DNA from: Mytilus trossulus
Taxonomy: Eukaryota
Reading direction: 5' to 3'
Length of the DNA stretch: 64,000 nucleotides
Assembly: GCF_036588685.1 (NCBI RefSeq)
Contig: NC_086373.1
Location: 10,044,001-10,108,000 of the forward strand
Under the pieces are notes generated by a model that worked only from the letters and a program-made list of their open reading frames with translations, searched no databases and was not told the DNA's origin. Shown here piece by piece: positions 27,782 through 39,649 of the stretch; the stretch's first letter is position 1; each line of letters starts with the position of its first letter. Made by a program: the position numbers and the translations under genes.

Positions 27782-28560
27782 GGATGTATTCTTCTGACTT
27801 TTCCGTCTCGTTCAGTCTCGTTGAAATCTCGTTCTTGAATTATTTCCAAAACGTGTGATACAAGTGGAAAATATCAATGAATTTTAAAAATATTATTATC
27901 AAACATAACTCTGTGAAAAAATTATGTATTTACAATGAATGGTTTTTGAGTAATCCAGTTTTCATATTTTACGACCAATCAAGTCTGTATTTTTAGCCAA
28001 AATTTTGAGAAAATGGGTGAGGGATACAAAAAATGATTTTACAGGAATCATGTACATCCCATATCATTTTGGTCTTTTCAAATTTGTTAGATATGTATTT
28101 TTTCAATCATTTATAACAAAAAAGTTGAAATAATATGCATTTTGATCTTAAAACTGAGAAAAATCACAAAAATATAAAATTGACAGCATGGTAAAATTCA
28201 CACAAAAAAGCATCAAAATATGATAAAACTTTCTTATATTAACACCTACCTATAGTTTTTTTAAGTAAAATTTATTCAGATTGGTCCACTTCATCTTTGT
28301 AGAAAGTATGAAAAAAAGTTTAATTGTGGAACTGTGATTTTTTTCAGGATAATAGGCCAAAAATAGGTAAAAATCAATGAAAAAGGGGGAAATCATCAAA
28401 ATTGGGCATTTTCATAGGGCTGTAGCAAAAAAAAGAAGTGCACCACCATATGATTTTTTCTTCACCAATTATTTTGTTACAGTCTTATAAACCCAAAAAT
28501 CAGGTTAAGAAAAAAAGTTTAATTCTAGAAAAATTTTTGGCTCCTCAGAGGTGTACATCC
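27782..28560. mobile_element. Kolobok-like non-autonomous element
   Basis: TTAA at 27778-27781 and 28561-28564; TIRs ggatgta..ctga / tcag..tacatcc with GG...CC termini. Confidence 0.78.
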
Positions 28561-28943
28561 TTAAGATACATGAATGTAAATATGCTACAAGGTTAGAAGC
28601 TATACATGTATGACCAACAAGAATTCAAGTGCTCAACTTGTTGTTTCAAACAAAACATCACTTCAAGTTCAATTTAGGCTGTAATTGATCATGAGTGGTA
28701 GCGGTTTGCTGCACAGTTTAACATATTTGTTTCTCTTTCATAATAATAAATTATGTTATAAATTTTGTTCCTAAGTTAATTTATATGACCACTATCTTAG
28801 GTCTAACATGAATTTGAAGTGGTATTTAAGCACCATTGTTTCAACAACTTGAACCTGTTGACAAAATGATGATTCGTATATGTTAATGCAGAAAAATGTA
28901 TTAAAACTTAACCTCAATCTCGTAAGTTAATCTAGTTCTTTAC

Positions 28944-29977
28944 CTTAATCTCGTATGTATAATCTAGTTCTTTTTCTTCTGTTTCTTTTTCCTTTTCATC
29001 TGTCTGTTTTGTAACTTCTGTGGCAAGTGGCTCATCAATGGCATTAGTTTGTGGCCGCTGTTCTGATTCACTAGTTAGTACTGTGGGTAAAGGTTCAGTT
29101 GAGGCAAGAACAGTGTTTTGTTGTAATGACTCAGTAGTATTATGTTGCATGTGATCAGTTGAAGGTAGAGTAGTATTCTCCAGTGAAGAGAGCGACATAC
29201 TACTTGGTGGTAAAGGTTGCTGATCAGAAGTCATATTCTGAAGTTCCTGTGTGGCTACAGCTATCTGGTGCTCTAAGAGCTGTGTTTCTGTTAATCCTTC
29301 ATTGACGTAACTATCAGCTGGTGTTATTCCAGCCTCTATTGAAGCTTGCAATGTTAAGTCTTGTGACAATTGTGGCTGTTCAAACTGACTGGCAGCTGTA
29401 TCTCCAGACAATGTTGTCACTATATCTAACGCCTGCTGTGGAGTATAGCCACCAGATAGATGTTGAAGTCCCGCATCACCGTAAGGACCAGCATGTAAAC
29501 AGTTCTGGATATTCATTATCTGTGTAGCCTTGTCAATGTTAGGATGTTGAAGTGTAAAAGTATTGTTGTTTTGTTGTGAATATTGCTGAGATACTAACTG
29601 TTGTTGTATATTAGCAGTATCAAACCCATCAATGTTTTGTAACAATAAATGTCCATCGTCATTGTGTGGGATCATTTCAGAACTGTTAATATGTTGTTGT
29701 TGTTGCTGGGTTTCAATGCTTAATTGTCTTTGAATGTCAGCTTCTTGCTGCTGAGAATTTTGAGGAATATTTTGTGGAATTTGGTTAGTTATTTCTGGCT
29801 CAATAAGTTGAACACTGGGTGCTCCTTCCTCAATGGTTTCCTTTGGTGGTTTTTCATCTCCCCTTACATCTGTAGTCTCTTTCTTTGGAGTATGTTTTTC
29901 TGTAGATTTAACTTGTCCATAGAGAGGTCCAAACTGGGATCTGCATTGTATTATTCTTTTAGCAAAGATACCATAAG
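28944..29977 (-). CDS. PLAG1-like: PR-PLAG exon 3: PR/SET N-half plus long Q/T/E-rich insert
   Basis: SYGIFAKRIIQCRSQFGPLYG (SET-N motif) then ~320 aa low-complexity sequence to YEIK|gtaaag; 1034 nt, phase 1-0. Confidence 0.88.
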
Positions 29978-30087
29978 CTGTAAAACAAAAGTATTGAAAT
30001 GCAAAATAAATCAAAACAAAAGTTCATCAATATGTATCAATGCAGTCAAATCTATGTATGAACTTTTCTGTTTACCAGATGTTCCAC

Positions 30088-30322
30088 GTATTAGCAACAC
30101 AAACCACATACAATTTACAGAACTACTTTCAGACAGTAACCTGTAGCTGCTAGTGTCTTTTCATTGTATTAGCAACACAAACCACAAACAATTTACAGAA
30201 CTACTTTCGGACAGTCACCTGTAGCTGCTAGTGTCTTTTCATTGTATTAGCAACACAAACCAAAAACAATTTACAGAACTACTTTCAGACAGTCACTTGT
30301 AACTGCTGGTGTCTGTTCATTG
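30088..30322. repeat. 78-bp minisatellite, 3 copies
   Basis: gtattagcaacac recurs at 30088, 30166 and 30244. Confidence 0.95.
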
Positions 30323-30544
30323 TTTAGTCTCTGGTTTGACAGCTCTTTTCTCATTGGCAATCCTACCACAACATTAAATTTTATAAAGATGACAAATTTA
30401 TTTTCTGTCGGTTCCTACTGCACACCTCCAGTGAAATCCTTAAATACAAAACAGAATTTTCACTGAATTGTGTTATTAATTTAACAGTTACGATGGTTAC
30501 TTTTTAAAGTACCTTTTCATGCACAATAACAATGATATACTCAC

Positions 30545-30697
30545 ATGTTTTACCATCTTCCGTCTTCACCTGCTTAATAACAAGACCAGCTGGGCATGTA
30601 AGTCTTGCCCTTGATGGTATGGCATTATCAAAAACTTGTGTAAAACCACCATGTTTCTTACATATACCTGGTACACTCTTCCCACAGTCATGGCACC
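30545..30697 (-). CDS. PLAG1-like: PR-PLAG exon 2: PR zinc knuckle
   Basis: (W)CHDCGKSVPGICKKHG...DNAIPSRARLTCP matches the PRDM4/10/15 knuckle pattern WCxxC-x6-CxxHG...SRAR; ag/gt boundaries, 153 nt, phase 1-1. Confidence 0.9.
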
Positions 30698-31470
30698 CTA
30701 TTAAAAAAAGGAAATAAGTATAAACATCTTCTCTTTACCTTGTCTCATTGTAACTGTTTTAGTCCTTAAATATATACATTGTGTAATGCATGGATATCTT
30801 AATGAATAGAGAAATTTTCAGATTGATCATATACATGTACTACTCACACTACTAGTCATATACTAGACTATTGTTTTTTTTTTTTTTTTTATTGTCTTTT
30901 CAATGTCTTAGATTGTACTATTTTCCATGTGATAAAACATCTTCTTCCAAAGGTGTATTACTATAGTCATGATAGTGTAATGTTTAGATAAGTATTTTTT
31001 TTAATCATGATTTTTTTTTCATTTTTTTTGTCATACTCTGTGTCTCAGTGTACAAGATAGAATACCTGAATAAAGATCTATATCAGAAGATTAAACAACA
31101 CCTATACATGTATACTATTGTGCCTAGTTTCTCAAAAAAAAATTGAAAATTGATGGCTTTTTACATGATGACTTTATGTTTCAGGTATGTTTCAGGTCTC
31201 ATACATGTAATACTAATCATGCTAATAGCAGCACATTGCTTGCAATTGTAATCTTCATGGTTCAGCTCTCATTTCTAAATTATTTATTTTGCTGAAATGT
31301 CTAGATCTATTGCATTCCATTCAAGGCCTAAATATGTCTTAATCATAGTCAACCCATTTAAAGATTTTGAAGCACTTATTTCTTGTAATGATCACCAACT
31401 TGTGGGAGGGTTGTATCATGATAAAAATATTTTTTTTTTAGGGTTGGTCTATTTTTTTATTTAAATATAT

Positions 31471-31684
31471 GAGGCTCCCACAGGGTACCCCCCTCAGGTC
31501 GCAAGGTCGCTTTTAAATTTGTCGAGAGGTCGTTTTTAAGGGAAATGTACAGGTCGGAGGTCATTTTTCTCAACACAGAGGACGTAAGTCGTTCGGAGGT
31601 CGTTTTTAGAAGGCCCTCAGGTCGGAAGTCGCCTCTCAAAAGCCCAGCTAGGTCGCAGGTCGTTTTTGACCTTGCGGGAGCCTC
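31471..31684. mobile_element. Sola-like MITE
   Basis: TIRs gaggctcccacagggt / accttgcgggagcctc; ATAT on both flanks; internal AGGTCG repeats. Confidence 0.75.
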
Positions 31685-31725
31685 ATATATTCTACTTTCT
31701 TCAGTCCTTTTTTTGTTTTACTTAC

Positions 31726-31753
31726 ACAACTCATCTTGTTTGTGGGATGACAT
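31726..31753 (-). CDS. PLAG1-like: PR/SET-domain PLAG-family zinc-finger protein, coding exon 1 of 6
   Basis: gccATG TCA...MSSHKQDEL-T|gtaagt; phase 1 T joins GG of the next exon to give the conserved W of W-C-x-x-C; polypyrimidine acceptor at ~31783. Confidence 0.75.
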
Positions 31754-32204
31754 GGCTGCTTAGCCAATCCTATTTGTAGACACTAAAATGGAGAAGAAAA
31801 ATGATATTTAAAGACATATTATTTATAAGGAAAGCCAACACAATGTGCTTGTTAAAATGTTAATATACCTGTGTATGCATGTACAACTACAATTTGATCA
31901 TATGAATAAATATATATACATGTATATAACCTACTGTTTAATATTTACTGTAAGTAGAAAAACTGATCATGTAATCATGTTAATTGTCAAATTAAAATAA
32001 TAAAGCAATAAAATTCACTTTTGCAACTACTGCTTGTTTATTCTTACTTCACTTGATATTTAAAATCAAAGACTAGCAACAATTTAATGTTAATTCTTCT
32101 GAGACAAGCCATGTACATGTATAAATATAAAGTATATTTTTCTTAATCATGTTAATAATACATGTACAACAATGTATGTACAAATGTATATCTTATCTTA
32201 ACCA

Positions 32205-32805
32205 TTGTTAACCAAGGAGCCTGTTTTGTTATTTATTCCATGCGTTTCAGTTTTAGGATAAGTTTTTGATGGTCCACTTTATCAAACGCTTTTGAAAACT
32301 CCATAACAACTACGTCAGTTTGTTTACTGTTTGCCATATAAACATGGTAAATGTTCGAAGTTGTGTTTCACAGCTACATGTAACTTTTGATCTAAAACCA
32401 TGCTGCAGTGGGTATAGTAAATCGTGAATGTCTAGATGTTTCATTATGGATGATACAATTATATATGTTCTAGTGATTTACTTAGAATACAGGTTAGAGA
32501 GATGGGCCTGTAGTTTTTAGGTTTAGATTTTGCTCCCTTTTGAAAACTGGTGTAACCAAGTCCTTTCTCCAGTCCTTTGGTACGGTGCCTGTATTTACTG
32601 ATGAATTAAACAAGTCAGATATTATAGGTGAGATTTTATGATGAACTTCTTTTTAAAAATGAGGCGATATTTTGTCTGGACCAATTGCTTTTGATGGGTT
32701 TAAATTATTTAGTAATTTAAATGTTCCTTCTGGGGTGATGTTTATTTGCTTCATTTCAAATTTATGTGTTGCTGATTTTAATGATTTTAGTTCATGTGAA
32801 AATCA
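32205..32805 (-). mobile_element. Decayed CR1-type LINE RT fragment
   Basis: LNPSKAIGPDKI, VPKDW, NYRPISLTC, QHGFR, FSKAFDKVDH with stops and frameshifts. Confidence 0.85.
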
Positions 32806-33810
32806 GTGGGGAAAAAAATGAAAAGTGTTTTAACATGAACTTCTTTCATTTTATATATGTATGAATTATATCACAAGGAAAATTAAGCATTACTTTTTTT
32901 GGAATTTATTTAGTGAAAAAAATTCTTCCAAATACTGCCCACATCCTTAACATGAGTATTTTGGCAAATATTTTAATTTAAGCATGATTAAAAACAATTT
33001 GTTTATTTGATTTAGTTTGTACATGCTGTATGGCAGTTCTAATTCATGAAAAAATAATTAAATATTCCCTACATGTATTCCAATACCCCCATTTCTACCC
33101 TCTTAAAAAGTTATTGAAACTATTTAACTTTTATTTTCATAATTTTGAATAAATGCATTATACATGCATTACAAATAATATGCATTATAAATCTTTTTTT
33201 TTCTTTTTATAAATATGCTTTCTTTGTCATGGTCAGTTGCATTCATTGGTTTTATGTAATCTTGATCAATCATTTAAACTTTTATTTAAAAGTTATCCAT
33301 TTACATTTAATGTGTGTTCCCTTTAAATAATCATGATTATTAGGGGCCATAAGACCACACAACATATTGATTCATATGTTCTAATGACCAATATGCTGAC
33401 AAAGCTCAATTTCAAGATAGAAAATTCCATAACAGCTTTAGAGTGAAATATACAAAACACGACAAACGTTTATCCAATGATTATGGTAAATAATTTGTTG
33501 TTAATTCAAAGTATTTTATTCAAAATAATTTAGAAACCTTGAATCCACTCTCGAGCAACACAGTCGGTGGAGGTACCAGGGAGGGGTCAACCATTCAGAG
33601 GCATTTTCGGGTGCACGGGTTATTAGTTTCATTATTATCGGTTTCTTCAAAGCTGTTAAGCATCAAGGAACCAAAGGACAGACTTTTTAATATGATTCTT
33701 ACCCTTATTAACCAAAGCTTTGACGTTCTATTTTTGATTTGTAGACAAAGAAGGGTTTTGTCCCAATGATGGCCATTATCGCATTGCATTATGGGATCGC
33801 CAACTCAAGC

Positions 33811-33840
33811 TTACGTCAGTATTCCAAGATGGCAGCGCCC
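33811..33840. promoter_or_regulatory. Candidate bidirectional core promoter of CHCHD7 and PR-PLAG
   Basis: CRE/ATF-like TTACGTCA (33811-33818) and YY1-like CAAGATGGCAGC (33825-33836) just upstream of the CHCHD7 ATG, in a locally GC-richer patch between divergent genes. Confidence 0.5.
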
Positions 33841-33897
33841 ATGTAGAATGTAAACAAACAACCGAATGAAGGACATTTACATAAGCTAACTAAAAAT

Positions 33898-34080
33898 ATG
33901 CCAGAAACTTCCTCAGATGATTTGGACCAAAAACATAAGAGTGCGAGTGAGATAGTTGAAGAACGACGAAAAAAAACAATCGAAGAAAAGAGGAAAAGGG
34001 TGAATGAGATTGTAGAAGAAAATAGAAAGAGAGTGGTCAAAGAAAAATTGGAAGCTGTACTAAGACATCCATGCAATCGT
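33898..34080 (+). CDS. CHCHD7: CHCHD7/COX23 homolog, exon 1 of 3
   Basis: MPETSS...LRHPCNR|gtaaga; 61 codons, phase 0; supplies the first Cys of the twin CX9C motif. Confidence 0.88.
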
Positions 34081-34530
34081 GTAAGACAACTAATTAATTA
34101 TGTTTTTTTTTGGGAAAAAAAGTTCATTTCCAGTTTTTGGAGAAAAAAATAATTTGTTTTTGATTCTGAGAAAAAAAATTGTTTGTTTCACCCTCAGCTG
34201 CCACTTTATGTATAAATGCTAAAATTGAAAGAAAAAATTGTATTCGACTTGTCGCGAAAAAAAATAGATTGTTTTTCGACGCAGGCAAAAAAAATAATTT
34301 GTCCAGAAAAAAAAACCATAGCCCCCCCCCCCAGAAAATCAAATGGTTGCTGCCTAAATTTATTGGTATCAGATCCTTTCGTGCCCACGTTCGCACCTCG
34401 CACATTCACACCCAAGTTTTCGTATCAACCACACTTTTCTGATGGCCAACTGGAAATGTCGGTTTCGAATGCATACGCATAAGTTGTGGCGTGTTTAACG
34501 ATTTCTATATTTAGAACAACAACACCACTA

Positions 34531-34612
34531 CTAGTCTAAATAATTATGACGTCTGAAGGCGTCCCAATAAAAATTTAAAATAGCCTTACCAGACGCCATA
34601 ATTATTTGGACT
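34531..34612. mobile_element. Short palindromic MITE-like element
   Basis: tagtctaaataattatgacgtctg ... cagacgccataattatttggacta. Confidence 0.65.
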
Positions 34613-36023
34613 ACACTACAACTTGACAAATTAAAAAAACATATTCAACACACAGGGACTCGGTTAGCAGATTAAAATTTTGTAAATCAATGTTTTTTAT
34701 ATATTTTTTATTATTTCATTGTATTTCCTGTCTATTTGCAATACTATATTAACGTATTTAACGTTGCCATTACTATTGCTTTGTTTTCTGGCAATGTGCA
34801 GTTTACTATCCATATCCATATACTGAAAAAACCTAAAGGGATCTAAGTCGCCATCTTGAATTGCCTTCGGATCCCTACTTAAGATAAAAAATAATTAAAA
34901 ATATTAAAAAATTACTATATACCTTACAACAGCCCTCATTTTCTTCCAAATTATGCTTCTATCACATGCATATTTTGATTTGTGGATTAACAGAAGCCTT
35001 ACGCAGCCTCAGTTGCATTCGTGTCAGAATATTCAAATTTTCCGGCGAAAGCAACATTACTGTCAAACATGTCGTTTTCAATGTTTTCAATATGATAGAC
35101 CAAATGGGAGATAACTCTTGTCATTTCGAAATGTGCTGTGGTCAAAGAGGTATATGACTATGAATACCATGTTGAATGACTGATTTAGAACTTTCTTGTC
35201 AGATGGGTCTTCGACTCTTTGCATATTAGTGATGTACATTCAGATGTCACATGTCACTTCTCCTATCTCTTTAGCTGTCAGATAGAAGTCACACCCAATT
35301 AAAAATTTTTTGGTCACCTTGGATCAACCAATATTTAGATTACATGTATAAAACTATATTTTCAATCAATGTGATAAAGATAAGCTAGTATCATTCCTTC
35401 TTAATTAAAAAAAAGTTGAAAAATGATTTAATCCGTAACTACATTCAATGTACATGTACCTATAAAAAACAAGAGACCAAATGGCACTGAATTTAACAAT
35501 GAGCAAAGCCCATACTGCATATATAGTCAGCTATAAAAGGCCCTGATATGACAAATGTAAAACAATTCAAACGAGAAAACTAACGGCCTAATTTAAATAT
35601 AAAAAATGAACGAAAAACAAATATGCAGCGCATCAACAAATATCAACCACTGAATTACAGACTCCTGACTTGGGACAGACACATACATAAAGAATGTGGC
35701 AGGGTTAGACATTTAAGCGGGATCCCAAACCTCCCCTAACCTTATTATCTTTTATATTTAGTAAAAACAGAACTACACATACTTTTTTATTTGACTTTAT
35801 GTTTTTATACTTACCTCCATGATTGTTTATATTTAAATAACTACATTGCATATGAAGCTTAGGAGTTTCAATTTGTAAAGTACGTGCAAACTAGTTAGCT
35901 TAGGTTTTGAGGCAAAAAGGATGAAAACCATATGGAAAATATTACCCCCTTTTTTCCCCATGAATTCCACTGTTTCCCCAATTTTGAATGGTTGAATTAC
36001 TTTATATGTTAAATAATATATGT

Positions 36024-37791
36024 CACGGCTGGTAATCAACACACGCAGAACATTTGGTTCTGCAATGAAAACCGTGAGAGGATTTTCCGGTTGTGCTTGA
36101 GTGGAGTAATTGTCACCGCTTCAAAAGGTATGTACATTTCTAAATCTCAATTTTCTTATTCAACTGATCAAAATATTGAAAATCGGAGAATGCTATGCTG
36201 TGGTGAATACTTTAACGAAGAAATACATGTATCATTTACTGTTGTACGTAGAGTTTAACTCCTACAAAATCAGTTGTCCCACGAGAAATTGCCTAAAAAA
36301 GTGACATTTCAATTTTGAAATGGTTCTATTTACAGACCTACAAGTTCAAATTTAGTTTTTTTTCAGGCAATGGGTATGAATGTTGTTTTTGACGGCGTGT
36401 GCGCTGTCCTGTGTCGATAGACGTCTTAGTAATTCCAAAAACTACAGTTTTTCATTAAGTCATGCGTGAGGGGATCGGTTCTGATTGAGGACATCGTGAA
36501 TGCGTGAGGGGAGGTAAAAGTCATATCTTTATATTCAAGCTATGAGTCGTTGAAACTTACCTAAATTTTGCTACATTGTTCATGAAAAAACACATATGTG
36601 AGTGTGCTTAAAAAAGTTTATGAGATTGGATTTTGAAATAATTGTAGGAACCTAGGTGTAATAATATGTTTCACGAAGAATAAAAACAAAAAATGTTGTC
36701 AACGATTTTGTTTTCTTGCTACAAGTAAAACCTAGATCGATTATTTGCCCACATCTGCAAATATGGAGACAGATTTGCAATCCAATATTTAGACTTTATT
36801 CATATAAAGAATATTTGGTGATTTATTGTATTAATCAAAATATTTAAACAATATTAAATTTCGTGTTTTTGGAATCATCTGTATATCTGCCTGTGTTGTT
36901 TCGAATATTTCGTGATTTTGGGCGAACAGATTTCGTCTAATAGGTGTCGAAGTTTTCATCGACGATATAATTTTCTTAGATATATGTGGTGATCTCTGTG
37001 ACGTATATTTGACGACAGGACTACTCCCAGGGGGTTTAGTTAGCTTCAAGGGCGGGGATAACTTGTATCTCCATGGTTTTTTGTAGAGAGTCAATTTCAG
37101 TCCCCTTTTCCTTTTTCCTTTGAACAATGGAATTTTCTGAATTGAACAAACAATTAATAGTTTGATTTCATTAACTCAGTGATCAGTTAACATCTATTAA
37201 AGTATAAGGATAAATCTGTGCTTTTTAATCAGCATTGATTTGATCACATTTATTGAGTCAACAAAAGTCACAAAGCCAAAGATTAAAAAAAATGTGTGTA
37301 CTTCCCCTCACGCATTCACGATGCCCTCAATCAGAACCGATCCCCTCACGCATGACTTCATGGAAAAATGTTGTTTTTGGAATTATAAAGACGTCTATCA
37401 ACACCGGACAGCGCACACGCCGCCAAAAGCAACATTCATACCCATTGTCCGAAAAAAATACTAAATTTGAACTTTTAGGTCTGTAAATAGAACCATTAAA
37501 AATTGAAATGTCACTTTTTTAGGCAATTTCTCGTGGGACAACTGATTTTGTAGGAGTTCAACTCTACGTACAACAGTAAATGATACATGTATCTCTTCGT
37601 TAAAGTATTCACCACAGCATAGCATTCTCCGATTTTCAATATTTTGATCAGTTGAATAAGAAAATTGAGATTTAGAAATGTACATACCTTTTGAAGCGGT
37701 GAAAATTACTCCACTCAAGCACAACCGGAAAATCCTCTCACGGTTTTCATTGCAGGACCAAATGTTCTGCGTGTGTAGATTACCAGCCGTG
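36024..37791. mobile_element. Non-autonomous DNA transposon with ~490-bp TIRs, CAC...GTG termini and 5-bp TSD (Transib/Chapaev-like)
   Basis: 36024-36516 is the reverse complement of 37299-37791; TATGT at 36019-36023 and 37792-37796. Confidence 0.85.
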
Positions 37792-37847
37792 TATGTATAA
37801 TATTGAAATGTCCAATTAAATATGAATATTCTAATTTTTCGTTTTAG

Positions 37848-37946
37848 GAAAAAGAAATGTCATATCAGTGTTTAGAAGATAATGGTTATGATAGAGGTAG
37901 ATGTCAAATGTATTTTGAAAATTACAGAAACTGTTCCAAGTTTTGG
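37848..37946 (+). CDS. CHCHD7: CHCHD7/COX23 homolog, exon 2
   Basis: ttttag|EKEMSYQCLEDNGYDRGRCQMYFENYRNCSKFW; completes CX9C-X10-CX9C; resembles human CHCHD7 CLDENNYDRERC..YF..YKNCRRFW as recalled; donor is gcaagt. Confidence 0.92.
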
Positions 37947-38436
37947 GCAAGTATTTTAATCAAAACAGTTTTGTTTAAGTTAATTATGCAATTTTATTTT
38001 GAATTACATGTGTATTAAATATTTAACTTATTCAGTCATTATATACATCATTGTACATGTATGTAAAGTTGATTTTTTATCAAGCATCACCAAATTCTAA
38101 CATGTTGAATTGTTTTCAAGAATGATTGCGCTTCATTACTTATATGAAATGAGGAGATGTGGTATGATTGCAAAAGACACAACAACATGTATCCACTAAA
38201 GTCCAAATGATGTGGATTTACACATCTATAGGTCATCATACAGCGATACAGCTTTTAACAGTAACCAAAAGCCATATTGTAAAGTCAACAATAAACGGTT
38301 CTGATATTTGTTTGAACTATCACTTAAGATTTATTGATCTTGAAAAACTATATATCATCAGCTACATTAACAAGGAACATTGGTCAATTACTCCCCTTTA
38401 ATGATGACACATTTGAGAAGAAATGAGGTTAAGTTG

Positions 38437-39540
38437 CAGGCCTCTACAATAACTTTTTTTTAACTTGTCCAGTAGGACAAGTACATACCAAAACTTGCTT
38501 GTCCGAATGAAATTGATACTTGTCCAAATTTTTATTATTAAAAATGACCTTTTTGCACCTTAAGTTGATTAAAGGAACAAAACGAATTAAAACAATAGAA
38601 CAGAATTTGAAATATTTTTCAAAAATATGAGTCAAGTGACTGAATCAAGTCATATCACAGGACTAAGGTTCTAGTTTTCATCAATGCCAGTCTCATCAGA
38701 CTCTGCACATGAGGCACCATCTGATAGGCCTGTTCACTCATTGGATTTGTATCCTGTTTATTTTGAAGTTGAAAAAACTTTATTCAAATGCAATTGATAA
38801 AAAGAAGAAGATAAGGTCCGATTGCCAATGAGACAACTCTCTGCAAGAGACCAGATGACACAGAAATTTACAACTTTAGGTCACCATATTGCAAGTATTG
38901 TTTTTTTCTACTTATGATCAAATATGATTTTGTGAATTTAATGGTAAATAAAAAAAAATATTTTTGTGAAAAAATTACCGGTATGGTATATATTATAATG
39001 AACAGAATAAGGTAGCAAAATGAGTTACTGATTTGTCTTGGTCCCGACATGTCTCCTGCCTTGCCAAACTGTCTATCAATCATGTCTACTAAGTATGTCT
39101 CCTACAGTGCCAAACTGCCTATTCAACTTTGAGCTAAACCTGTCCAGGTGAGGAACTGTCCTGTAAAGTAACCTTATCTACAAAGCGCATCATTGATTCC
39201 CGATCAGTAAGACTGGTTTCTGAGAATACTATACCTTTTACCTTTTAAAAAGTACCTGACAAAGAACCAGTTAAAAATTATCAATTGCAAGTACAGATGT
39301 TGAAGAAAAAGGTTTTGCATTTGAATACTAGTAAACAGAATACAAAAACATGTCAAATTAATATTTGTTTTCTTGTTTTTTGTTTATAATAACTTTGTTC
39401 ATCAAAGTTGGATTAAATATGTTTTCTGCAGAATAATTGTACTTGTCCGGACGGACAAGTTTGATACAGCTTTTTCTTGTCCGACCTTTTTTTTCCCCTC
39501 TGGTACCGGACAATCGGACAAGCGTTATTGTCGAGGCCTG
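38437..39540. mobile_element. Non-autonomous TIR element (hAT-like CAG termini)
   Basis: caggcctctacaataac / gttattgtcgaggcctg; subterminal ttgtcc/ggacaa repeats; flanks share only agttg. Confidence 0.72.
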
Positions 39541-39649
39541 AGTTGTGTATTTAAAATGTTTGGTTGATAATAAATCTATTGAAGTTGTTCTGTCTTGCTT
39601 CTCTGTCAGCATTAACATAATACTGTTTCTAGACATGATGATTTTCATT

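Noticed and set aside
33816-34482. Antisense and overlapping short ORFs around CHCHD7 exon 1
   Set aside because: Shadow frames of the charged exon and of an A/T-tract MITE-like repeat at ~34090-34355
34923-34939. ATG AGG GCT GTT GTA AG|gt as first coding exon of PR-PLAG
   Set aside because: Ends in phase 2 while the knuckle exon needs phase 1; 31726-31753 fits and restores the conserved Trp
36024-36065. RSS-like 12/23 signal in the CAC-terminal element
   Set aside because: No nonamer-like sequence at 12 or 23 bp and the TIRs are symmetric, so a RAG-like identity is not supported
37951-37956. GT donor for CHCHD7 exon 2
   Set aside because: Gives phase 1 and frameshifts the conserved last exon
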